The translations under genes and the position numbers were made by a program. The notes below the pieces were generated by a model. The model saw only the letters and a list, made by a program, of their open reading frames with translations. It did no database searches and was not told the DNA's origin. A stretch of DNA of 64,000 bases from a virus (Duplodnaviria > Caudoviricetes): the IMG/VR virus record IMGVR_UViG_2739367553_000005, positions 21,071 to 85,070 of that record. The stretch is one strand, 5' to 3'. Shown piece after piece: positions 8,609 through 17,651 of the stretch (the stretch's first letter is position 1; each line of letters begins with the position of its first letter).

Positions 8609-8844
8609 CTAAGCGTACCCTCCTAAATTTTCACTTCCGACTCTACATTCCGCAGAGCCAGTAAAATTATTTCGGGGCGTTTCCGGAGCATACCCGGAAA
8701 GGAGTTCCACCCCTTCATATTATTATATTAAGCTTTGCTGAAATAAGTTGTCGAATTCATAAAAAATTTTATATCAAATACTATCATAAAATTTTAAGAT
8801 AAAGAAAAGAACGTCCAGGTTTGGGCGCTCTTTTCTTTGATTAA

Positions 8845-9963
8845 TTAATCTTCAATCAATTTAAAATTAGTAATATTCTTTAAATGCCAAGTTTTTTTAC
8901 TCATATCTAGAGTACCTTTCATCTCAATCTTTATACCATCTCTATGTGCATCGCAAGCATGCTTATAATCTTCTTCCCCCAACTCAACTTTAATTGTCCT
9001 AAATTTATTGTCTAGACAAGTCAATATGGATATTTCCCTCTTATATCTCTCTTTGTCAATTCCTTCTTTCTTTAAAGTTTTTATATAACCGTCAACTAAA
9101 ATGTCTTTTGTTTCATCAACCATTTTATATCTTTTTGATATTTCGTTTAAAACAAAAAAATGGTTTCTTTTGATATTTACTTGTTCAATAATACCTGCTT
9201 TTTTTGTTATCGCAGATGCATATCTTATTTTCGTATCTATTTCAACATCAGAATCCTCTGGATTTAACTTTAATAAAGCATCGCACATATTCGCAGTAAT
9301 TCCAGTCATATATGCATTATTTATTAACCCATCAATATCAATTTTATTTTCAACAATATCATTAACCTGGTTTATTGCATTGCCTATCCTTCTTACTATT
9401 TTATGCTCTATTGAAGAATCTAGGTTACACTCATTTAAAGACATCTGCTCATTCTCTTCATCAACTACTTTAATATCAATATTAATAACAAAACTACCTT
9501 TTTCAGTTTGCCCTAATTTAAAACTATCAAGGAATTCCTTAGAATTATTAGTAGTTCTTAAACAAACTGGTGATTTATTTTGTTCTGCGCAAGCTGAATA
9601 TAAAATAAGTTCTTTTATTCCATCCAAACAGGAACTTGCATAACCAAGTGGCAATTCACCTTCTTCTGAAAACTTAGATATTATTCTAAATTCTAGAGTA
9701 TCATAAAAAGAAGTAATTATTTCTTTTATAATCTCATCAATATCCTTTTTATATAAAAATGATAAGCGCTCTAAAGTATTAGGAAGAACTTTATAAAAAT
9801 CCAAAAATTTCTCATTTGCTGGTATTGCAATAGTCTGATCTCCTTCATGAAAGACCATCATTTTCTTATTAGGAAAATTATAATCTCTAATCCAGTTACA
9901 CAGTAATAAATACTTCTCAAAAGAGTTTGCTGTAATTTTATATAGTTTTTCATGTTTATCCAT
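8845..9963 (-). CDS. 372-aa partner of the DUF4365 protein, function unknown
   Basis: AT-rich; start overlaps the upstream stop; hairpin terminator at ~8800-8840. Confidence 0.8.
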   Translation of the reverse strand: MDKHEKLYKITANSFEKYLLLCNWIRDYNFPNKKMMVFHEGDQTIAIPANEKFLDFYKVLPNTLERLSFLYKKDIDEIIKEIITSFYDTLEFRIISKFSEEGELPLGYASSCLDGIKELILYSACAEQNKSPVCLRTTNNSKEFLDSFKLGQTEKGSFVINIDIKVVDEENEQMSLNECNLDSSIEHKIVRRIGNAINQVNDIVENKIDIDGLINNAYMTGITANMCDALLKLNPEDSDVEIDTKIRYASAITKKAGIIEQVNIKRNHFFVLNEISKRYKMVDETKDILVDGYIKTLKKEGIDKERYKREISILTCLDNKFRTIKVELGEEDYKHACDAHRDGIKIEMKGTLDMSKKTWHLKNITNFKLIED

Positions 9964-10469
9964 TACAACACCCCCCTTTTCACCATATCCATTAATCTAA
10001 TTAATTCTACAGCTGTTAGCATTTGAGTTTCTGGAATTTTTATTCTAACCTTTTGACCATTTTTAGTATCAGGTAATCCTTTTAAAGAACACCAGTAAGC
10101 ACACTTTTCTAACTTCATTTCATTACATGACACTTGAACCCAATCATTTCGATTTTTAGGCAGAACAAATAAAATAAGTATTCTTGGAGTACCAATATTT
10201 AGCTGTATTAGATCTTTGTAATTCTTAACTTCTAAATCATATATTATAATCCCTGATTTAATTTTAGCATTAACTGTAGACTTCAGTTGAATATCAATAC
10301 CAAAGCCTGTTTGCCAATGCCTCTTTCTATCTGTACTATATTCAATATCATTAATTCTAGCATCTAAACCATAATCTGATTTGTACTCTTGAAATGATAA
10401 TCCTGCATATGCTGAAATTGCCTGCGCATACGCAACACTCAATTGTTCCTTTGTATGCTCCTCAGTCAC
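9963..10469 (-). CDS. DUF4365 family PD-(D/E)XK nuclease-like protein
   Basis: KEQLSVAY...DYGLDARI...IDIQLKST...YDLEVKNYKDL...PRILILFVLP...CAYWCSLKG. Confidence 0.8.
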   Translation of the reverse strand: MTEEHTKEQLSVAYAQAISAYAGLSFQEYKSDYGLDARINDIEYSTDRKRHWQTGFGIDIQLKSTVNAKIKSGIIIYDLEVKNYKDLIQLNIGTPRILILFVLPKNRNDWVQVSCNEMKLEKCAYWCSLKGLPDTKNGQKVRIKIPETQMLTAVELIRLMDMVKRGVL

Positions 10470-10688
10470 TTTTCCACCCCCGAATATTATACAATTTATA
10501 ATATATTAAAATAATGAGTATTTCAATAAGTTAAATTATAAATTATGGGGTTTTTTATCATATTAGAACATATGTTCTTAAATGTCAATATATGTAAACA
10601 AAAAATGAGTATTTAATAGAAATTCATTATATCTAATTTATTCGTAAAAAGGAGCAGGCGTTTTTCCTGCTCCTTTAAATGGATCTAT

Positions 10689-11105
10689 TTAATTATTAGC
10701 CACCGTCTCCACAACAACCTGACCATCTTTTACCCAGGCACCATCAGAACCAACTGTGTAACCGTCTGGGGTTGTGGTGTCGTGGAGCATAGCCCAATCA
10801 TCGCCAAAATAATAATACTTACCATCTGCCGGATCATGAAACCAAGTGCTTTTCAGTAAGAATCCATCTTCGCTACAATAATACCAGTCATATTTGTGAT
10901 TTTGAACCCATTGACTCTGGGCAAGGCTTCCATCTTGCTTATAGTATACCCATCTCTCCTGTCCACTGCTATCAGTCCTTGAACTGAATGGCATATCGCG
11001 AATACTGTCTGTCCATGGAATAGATGCTGCATTTTGTGCAAACACACCACTTGACATAATTAACATTATTGAAAGAGTTAGTAAAATGGTTACAATCTTT
11101 TTCAT
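10689..11105 (-). CDS. Secreted protein with cell-wall/choline-binding repeats
   Basis: Signal peptide; WVYYKQDG, WYYCSEDG, YYYFGDDWAM, TTPDGYTVGSDGAWV repeats. Confidence 0.85.
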   Translation of the reverse strand: MKKIVTILLTLSIMLIMSSGVFAQNAASIPWTDSIRDMPFSSRTDSSGQERWVYYKQDGSLAQSQWVQNHKYDWYYCSEDGFLLKSTWFHDPADGKYYYFGDDWAMLHDTTTPDGYTVGSDGAWVKDGQVVVETVANN

Positions 11106-11178
11106 TCCGCACCTCCAAATAATTATATGTAAATAGTACCATTATTTGTGTACGCTGTAAATAGCTTGTACCACTATA

Positions 11179-13155
11179 CTAATCCCAGTCAACATTTCCT
11201 CCCATATTTTGAATTGAATACCTTATTGCATCTAATCTGTTATATACCTGTTTTAACATTCTCAAAACTCCCCACGATCCAGCCCAATCATCGCCTTCAA
11301 AATAATAATCCTGCCGACAATAAACTCTTGCTGTTTTAATATCACCAGTCCCTTTAAGTTCTATAGCTTCACGCATTAGGTCACTTCCAATTGTCATTCG
11401 TGCCAGCTCTCCAGACGGTCCACTTGTAACAATGTCTGTAATATTAACATACCCGTTAGCAGACATGAGAGTTCCGGTTCCATTAGCACTTACCTGATAG
11501 TCTCCTAATCGCACAACCGAATTATTTGCCACGAACAAATTTGCTCCTATGTTTATAGATCCACCAACCACTCTACCGCTGAACGTAGCATTTCCATCAC
11601 CGTCCAGCTGAAAATTATTACTGTTAACAATAAGCCGGTTTCCGGATATCGTTACCTTATCGCTTTCGACTGATAACTGTGCTGATACATCACCTTTACT
11701 TACTTTCAATGATATCTGCTGCGCTGTCTGTTCAAATCGAGAATTCGTATCATTTTTAAGATTTGTCACCGAAGCAACAATCCCATCCGCTCTGATATTC
11801 AGTGACGCTTCTGCATCTTTCGCCCTGGTCACTTCCGCGAGAATCTGATCCGCTGTCACCTTAAACTGTGCTTCCGTGTATTCTTTCAAATCTGTTACCC
11901 GGACAGAAACTTCCTCCACGGATTTTTTAATAACAGCTGTCTTTCCCTCTAACTGAATTATCTGATCTCCAAGTCCAAAACTTTGTTCCTGCTCAATATT
12001 ACCTTTCGCAACATAAGTATCCGTCATTCCCTGTATGCCTTTCAAGGTTCGCTGAAGGCAAAAGGTTTCAATCACATCGTCCGTAGTATAGCATATGATC
12101 CCGTCACCAACCTCTACCCACGGCAGAGCCGGTCCAACGATTTGACAGGGTCTGTACAATCTTCCTGAAATATAATCATAAACTATAGCAGCAATCGAAA
12201 GGAGTTCTTGTTCCGATTTTCCATAGACCAGGTAATTTCCCTGAATTACATAACAGTTACTTCCCGGGCCATAGGACGCGCCTACGTCTCCCTCTTCCTG
12301 CCGGATCTGTACCTTATCAATCGGATATACCACATAATCTTCATAATGTGTCTCTGTTTGTTTGTAGTAGGATAATGTTTCCGCATTGGTCATCTCTGAT
12401 GGAAATAATTCGTCATCAGGGTATAAGTTTTCAGACGGGAACAGACCGGAAGTACCCAAATACTTATATGTAAGCCGGCCAGTCTTATCGAAATTCCCAA
12501 AGCAACCGTTTAACTCACAGATAGCCATTAAAACCTTACGGCCGTCTAGCTGCTCCGGTTCAATAGTCTTTGTTATCTGCATATCGTCCAGGGGTAATTC
12601 CGCTATGATCTGTGTAACACCCACATGATTACAAAGCGAATCCCTGAACAATTTCAATGTCAGGGGAAAGGTTAATCCCTGGTACCAGTCTGCCACATCA
12701 ATATCAAATTTCATCATGCGATCATAGGCTACAATCTTTTTTCGTCGTCTGTCAACCTGCTCCCGGACAAAGCTATCTACTCTATAGATCCCCAAGGCCA
12801 TTTCATAGCCACCAATCTCAACAGTTGCCATAAATTCTTTCCCAGTTAGATCCATTAATACATCCGCCACCGTTACTTCAAACATGGAAGCACAGCACTC
12901 GCCAAAAGTTAAATTCTGGCTTGAGCATAGACTCTCTGTTATTGTCACGGATTCGGATATTATCTGGCTATTATCAATGACATACACTGGCTCCTGATCA
13001 ACAGGAAATAAATCGTCGGAGGGAAACAGGTTATCTTCCGGATAAATCATCTTTATCTCTTCATCAAAGAAACGTAGTTTTATATGCCGTCGTGTGGCAG
13101 AACCCATATTATCTGCCCGAAACAATTCTTTTATTTCATCTGGGATATTCAGCAC
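11179..13155 (-). CDS. Phage minor tail / tail-tip (Tal-like) structural protein
   Basis: 658 aa; siphovirus-type N-terminus, coiled-coil FEQTAQQISLKVSKG region, beta-rich C-terminus. Confidence 0.75.
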   Translation of the reverse strand: MLNIPDEIKELFRADNMGSATRRHIKLRFFDEEIKMIYPEDNLFPSDDLFPVDQEPVYVIDNSQIISESVTITESLCSSQNLTFGECCASMFEVTVADVLMDLTGKEFMATVEIGGYEMALGIYRVDSFVREQVDRRRKKIVAYDRMMKFDIDVADWYQGLTFPLTLKLFRDSLCNHVGVTQIIAELPLDDMQITKTIEPEQLDGRKVLMAICELNGCFGNFDKTGRLTYKYLGTSGLFPSENLYPDDELFPSEMTNAETLSYYKQTETHYEDYVVYPIDKVQIRQEEGDVGASYGPGSNCYVIQGNYLVYGKSEQELLSIAAIVYDYISGRLYRPCQIVGPALPWVEVGDGIICYTTDDVIETFCLQRTLKGIQGMTDTYVAKGNIEQEQSFGLGDQIIQLEGKTAVIKKSVEEVSVRVTDLKEYTEAQFKVTADQILAEVTRAKDAEASLNIRADGIVASVTNLKNDTNSRFEQTAQQISLKVSKGDVSAQLSVESDKVTISGNRLIVNSNNFQLDGDGNATFSGRVVGGSINIGANLFVANNSVVRLGDYQVSANGTGTLMSANGYVNITDIVTSGPSGELARMTIGSDLMREAIELKGTGDIKTARVYCRQDYYFEGDDWAGSWGVLRMLKQVYNRLDAIRYSIQNMGGNVDWD

Positions 13156-13167
13156 TTCACAACCTCC

Positions 13168-13566
13168 TTAATACTCAGTTATCGTTATCTTAATCGGCTT
13201 GTAGAGTATATCTTTTTTCTTCTCATTAACATTCACAATCTCATAGGGAATATCTGAAATATAAAACGCCCCCGATTTATACGAGGACGTGTTTGGATTC
13301 CAATATTCAATTTGACATTTTACCCTGTTTCCATGTGGTACAAAGGCATTCAGCTTATCAACATCTTTTAGCCATAAGTGTGTGGTGGAAAATTCCATAG
13401 AGGTGGCAGTATGAGGTAAGGCATTACGATGAAGTTCTCCGTTTCCATCTCGGTAGGGATCCAGATCCATTATCTGATCCGGCGTGCACTTATATGATTC
13501 CAGTGCAATTAATTCATTTGGAAACACTGTTCCATTTATTTTTAATAGCCAGCCTTCAAACGCCAT
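13168..13566 (-). CDS. Distal tail-like phage protein
   Basis: MAFEGWLLKING...DPYRDGNGELHRNALPH; GGAGG RBS; precedes the tail-tip gene. Confidence 0.65.
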   Translation of the reverse strand: MAFEGWLLKINGTVFPNELIALESYKCTPDQIMDLDPYRDGNGELHRNALPHTATSMEFSTTHLWLKDVDKLNAFVPHGNRVKCQIEYWNPNTSSYKSGAFYISDIPYEIVNVNEKKKDILYKPIKITITEY

Positions 13567-13655
13567 TCGCCCACCTCCAGACATACAAAAAAGCGCCATC
13601 TCTACGACAACGCTTTCTTTTCATTCTATACCACAATATCATTTTAACATATTAG

Positions 13656-13673
13656 ATGTGGGAAATGTGGGAA
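13656..13673 (-). promoter_or_regulatory. Tandem 9-bp repeat (TTCCCACAT x2), putative late-promoter activator site
   Basis: Perfect tandem repeat followed on the minus strand by -10-like TGTTAAAAT / TATAGAAT and the tail genes. Confidence 0.5.
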
Positions 13674-13679
13674 TGTTAT

Positions 13680-14612
13680 TTAGTCATAAGTATACCGCAC
13701 AATCGAATTTTTTCCATCATTAAATAAATCATCTCTTTGTAACAAAATTCTATATGCATTGTCATAAAATGGAGAGGGAAAAAGATTATTGAATTTTACA
13801 AGTTCTCCATCTCCCAACCAAGAAAAGACTATATCATTACGAACCTTCAATATGCCTACGATATTTCTAGAGATATCATAATCACATGAATCATTATGTA
13901 ATTTTTTCTTTAGTATAATTGCATGTTGTGCATGTGGTCTTAAAAAAGTTGAAGGTAATGCAATTCTTAAGTCAATTGTTATTATATCATTTCCGTTTTC
14001 TACACCATTAATTGCTTCATTACTATCTGCTGCAATTAACATAACATATTGATATCTTAACGGATCATCACCTTTTAATATTCTCGTTACCATTTCAGAA
14101 TTATAATTATTTTTAATTCTATTAATATATGTTGCATAGGTAATTTTCCCTATACTTTGACAGTAATATTTATTTAAGCCAAACCATAATGCAATCCAAT
14201 GATTATCAACCGCATCAATGCAGCAAGTATTAATTCCATAGTGCTGCAACATACCTTCAATAATATCATATGAGTTTTTGTTATCCTTGTTTAAATGTAT
14301 TTCTTTTGAAAATTTTTTATCATTTAAAGATGCATTGATAATTTTTTTTAGTCTAGAAATTTTCAATCCACTTTTATTTGTTTTTTCGTGTAATAAACTG
14401 GGCAGCATAGATTCATATAAATTACACTGTCCTCTGTAATAAACTTTTCCATATTCCTGATTTAAAAGTTTGGCGTAACCAATAATTTTATTTAATCCAT
14501 GACAGTCAAATACTTCGTAAATTGGTACGCTATGGCCATTACTAAATTTAAAATCTTCAACGTACAATGTTCCTCTAATATTATTTTTACCCAATACTTT
14601 TGGATTTTTCAT
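13680..14612 (-). CDS. FRG domain protein
   Basis: YYRGQ...MLPSL...GMLQHYGINTCCIDAVDNHWIALWFG...LRPHAQHA. Confidence 0.85.
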   Translation of the reverse strand: MKNPKVLGKNNIRGTLYVEDFKFSNGHSVPIYEVFDCHGLNKIIGYAKLLNQEYGKVYYRGQCNLYESMLPSLLHEKTNKSGLKISRLKKIINASLNDKKFSKEIHLNKDNKNSYDIIEGMLQHYGINTCCIDAVDNHWIALWFGLNKYYCQSIGKITYATYINRIKNNYNSEMVTRILKGDDPLRYQYVMLIAADSNEAINGVENGNDIITIDLRIALPSTFLRPHAQHAIILKKKLHNDSCDYDISRNIVGILKVRNDIVFSWLGDGELVKFNNLFPSPFYDNAYRILLQRDDLFNDGKNSIVRYTYD

Positions 14613-14695
14613 TTTAGTACTCCAATATTATTTTAAATGCTAAATATTAAGATCAAACAACATGATTAAACAATAAAACACCTTTATTTTTTTGA

Positions 14696-15865
14696 TTACA
14701 CATCTAATTCGATCTTTCCTTCATCGGTAGTAGAAATAATATTTTTAATAAATAAATTAATTACATCTGTAATTTTTATATTTTGTTCCAGAATGTAAGA
14801 TTTTATATGAGAATAGAGAATATCTAAATTAATAAAATCAGAACAATAATTCATACCCATTTCTTCTAAAGATTTTTTTAATAACATATTATCATCAAAT
14901 CCAATTAAAATCGAACGTAAGTATTGATTCTTAATGTAATCATTGCTTAGTCTTGATTCATTAACATCGTATCCTGCTTTAATTATAGTACACTCATAAT
15001 CTCTTCCATCTTTAATTGCAGTACCTATATTATTTTCAAGAATATATTTTAATCCCGATAATGATTCCTGAGACGATAATCCAGGATCCGGACAAAAAAT
15101 TGGACATTTTTGTTCTTTAGCGAATTCTATAGAATGCATGGATCCGCTTTTTTCTTCGCATTCCATTGCAACTATTGCCTTAGACAATCCAACTATTAAT
15201 CGATTTCTATTTATAAATCTATATTTTTCTGCTCTCGTTTTAACAGGATATTCTGATAATAAAGTACCTCCATTTTTTAATATAGCGTCGGCTAATATTA
15301 CATTTTCCTTTGGATATACTCTATCTAACCCATGTGCAAGAACAGCAATAGTTTTACCTTTTGAGGTCAAGCAAGCAATATGGGATAATCTATCAATACC
15401 GTAAGCAAGACCGGAAATAATGGCAAACCCTTCATTAACCCATTGAGGAATTAAATAATTAATTGCATTAAATCCGAACTGTGTTGGTCTTCTAGTACCT
15501 ATAGAAGCTATCGCCTTGTCAAAGCCAATATTTGGATTTGCTCCTTTATAATAAATGATTGCTGGAGGATTATTTATTCTCATTAAATTGCATGGATAAT
15601 TGTCACTTGAGTAAATAGCTGTATAAACCCCCAGTTCCTGATTGATTTTCAATATTTCATCAGCCTTATTAAGAGCTTCGCTAAGTTTGCTATAATCAGA
15701 TAAAACATCCTTATAAGTCAACAACTCCATATTTGTGAGAAAGATATTGGAATTATTCTGGTCAAACAAACTGACAAGGACATCAGGATTGTAATCTAAT
15801 ATTATTTTTAATAATACATCATTTCTTAACCCCAGTTCATTTAGGGCAATTATATATCTTTCCAC
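14696..15865 (-). CDS. DprA/Smf (DNA_processg_A) domain protein, ShosA-like antitoxin
   Basis: AIASIGTRRPT, IISGLAYGIDRLSH, TIAVLAHGLDRVYP, FINRNRLIVGLS, SGSMHS. Confidence 0.85.
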   Translation of the reverse strand: MERYIIALNELGLRNDVLLKIILDYNPDVLVSLFDQNNSNIFLTNMELLTYKDVLSDYSKLSEALNKADEILKINQELGVYTAIYSSDNYPCNLMRINNPPAIIYYKGANPNIGFDKAIASIGTRRPTQFGFNAINYLIPQWVNEGFAIISGLAYGIDRLSHIACLTSKGKTIAVLAHGLDRVYPKENVILADAILKNGGTLLSEYPVKTRAEKYRFINRNRLIVGLSKAIVAMECEEKSGSMHSIEFAKEQKCPIFCPDPGLSSQESLSGLKYILENNIGTAIKDGRDYECTIIKAGYDVNESRLSNDYIKNQYLRSILIGFDDNMLLKKSLEEMGMNYCSDFINLDILYSHIKSYILEQNIKITDVINLFIKNIISTTDEGKIELDV

Positions 15866-15889
15866 TTTTATACTTCCTTAAATAAGATT

Positions 15890-17094
15890 TTACGAATTAA
15901 AAATTTTATACAATTCTGTAATCTCATCTTTTGCGCTGTCTTCATAATCCAAATACCGTACTTCTGAATTTACATTTTTATATTCGTATCCAATATTATA
16001 TACATCTCCTGAAATATTGTAATCTACTTTTTGAAAAGGCTTTCCAAAGTTACCTAAGGAAACAAACACTATTTTATTAACTCCAAGTTTTTTTAATAAA
16101 TTTCTAATAGCATTAAATGTATTTCCATGAGTCATATAATCATCAAAGATACAAACATTAAATCTATTCTCTTTTTTTAACCGGTCAATTTTAGATCTAT
16201 ATTCAGGGTTGATCCTAATCGTTTCAAATTCCTTATTTGCTCCCATTGAAGTTCTGGCAGTCTGATTTGCAAGCATATGCGCCTGGGTTTTAGGTTTAAC
16301 CCGCTCTAATATATTGGGATTATTCATTTGATTTTTTGGTAAACGCTTTCCTTTTATGTAGCGAACCTGAGTCATAAAACTAAAAATATATTCATTCAAA
16401 TGGCAGTCTGATGATGGAATCATACCAAAAAGTTCTATATCATCAAATAACTGAGTGTTAGTCATACCTGCTAAAAAGTGGTAAAGTAAAATAGTGTAAT
16501 AATTTCTACTTGTACCCTTTTTAACAGACTTTCAAAATGCTCCACCATTTCACGCTCACTATCCGTTTTAGCTTTGTATTTATATCTTCCGTCCATTAAA
16601 GATAGAGCTTTCACATTTGGTTCAATTTCTAATTCAGCATACCAACTTTCTTGATTATTTAAAGTTTTAATAAACTTAAATAATTGCTTAGGAGTATCAA
16701 CATGGACACCATAGAACTCTGCTTTATCTTCTACAGGTATCCACGTTGGAACTATAAAGAGTGAGTGGCTTAAAACCGCTAAATGAAAATCCACTTCTTT
16801 ACCACTGACAAAAACAAAGAAGTGATTTTTTGTCTTATGTTGACTGATAAAGTCACGAACTTTACTTCTCACACAAAATTTTAAATTAATAAATCCCCTT
16901 TTATTAAAAAAATTTTTAGCAGCATTTAATTGTGACAAATCCCGACTAACAAAAAAAATTTTATTTTCGTCAGCAGTACATAATTCATTTGCATATTCCA
17001 AAAAGTTATAAACCTTTTTCTCATGTTCGATTTTATCATAATTAGTAAATGATAACCTAAGTAAATCAAGATTACAAAATAGTATCTTCTCCAT
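15890..17094 (-). pseudogene. HAD-like plus phosphoribosyltransferase fusion (ShosT-like toxin) split by a -1 frameshift near 16520
   Basis: ORFs 16471-17094 and 15890-16465 join if the A5 run (plus-strand T 16518-16522) is A6, reading ESLLKKGTSRNYY...AGMTNTQ; PRTase motif VCIFDDYMTHGNTF. Confidence 0.75.
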
Positions 17095-17194
17095 ATTTTA
17101 TCCCCCGTATATGATATAAGATTATTTTATCATATTTTGATAGTTTTGCAAACCAGAAAAATACAAACAATTAATTGATCTCAAGTTGATTTAA

Positions 17195-17644
17195 CTAATA
17201 ATTAACACAACACAAGAATTTATCAATTTTCTTCTGAACAGTTGTCCTATCATAATTCAGTTCCTTTGCAATTTCTTCATAAGGTCTACGCTCAATATAC
17301 CGATAATACAAGATCTGCTTAATCTCCACCTGCTCCGGTCCCAATTTTTCCAACAAGTACTCAATCTCCAGTTTCATATCCTCAAACAGCTGCTCGTTTC
17401 CTTTCAAATCAATCAGGAGCTGCCGGACCATCTTTTCCCTTTCCTCATTCGATTTCACGCTTGCACCGGAAACCACAAAATGGCATTCTGTAAACGGGAA
17501 CTGCTTCAGGGATCCTTTTACAATTCCATATTCAGAAGTCAGTGGATTATTCTCATAGTATTTTATCCTGCGCCTGAGACGCTTAATTTCAGATTCCAGG
17601 TATGTATAAGTTGCTAAATATTCCCTCGTCAATTTCATAATCAA
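17195..17644 (-). CDS. Phage late transcriptional regulator (ArpU/RinA-like, sigma region 4-type HTH)
   Basis: C-terminal YRYIERRPYEEIAKELNYDRTTVQKKI; directly downstream of terL. Confidence 0.7.
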   Translation of the reverse strand: MIMKLTREYLATYTYLESEIKRLRRRIKYYENNPLTSEYGIVKGSLKQFPFTECHFVVSGASVKSNEEREKMVRQLLIDLKGNEQLFEDMKLEIEYLLEKLGPEQVEIKQILYYRYIERRPYEEIAKELNYDRTTVQKKIDKFLCCVNY

Positions 17645-17651
17645 ATCCTCC

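Noticed and set aside
9101-9643. Long antisense ORFs in the track (e.g. 9101-9643, 40295-40732, 53446-54003, 44701-45063)
   Set aside because: They shadow well-supported genes on the other strand and have no RBS or motif support.
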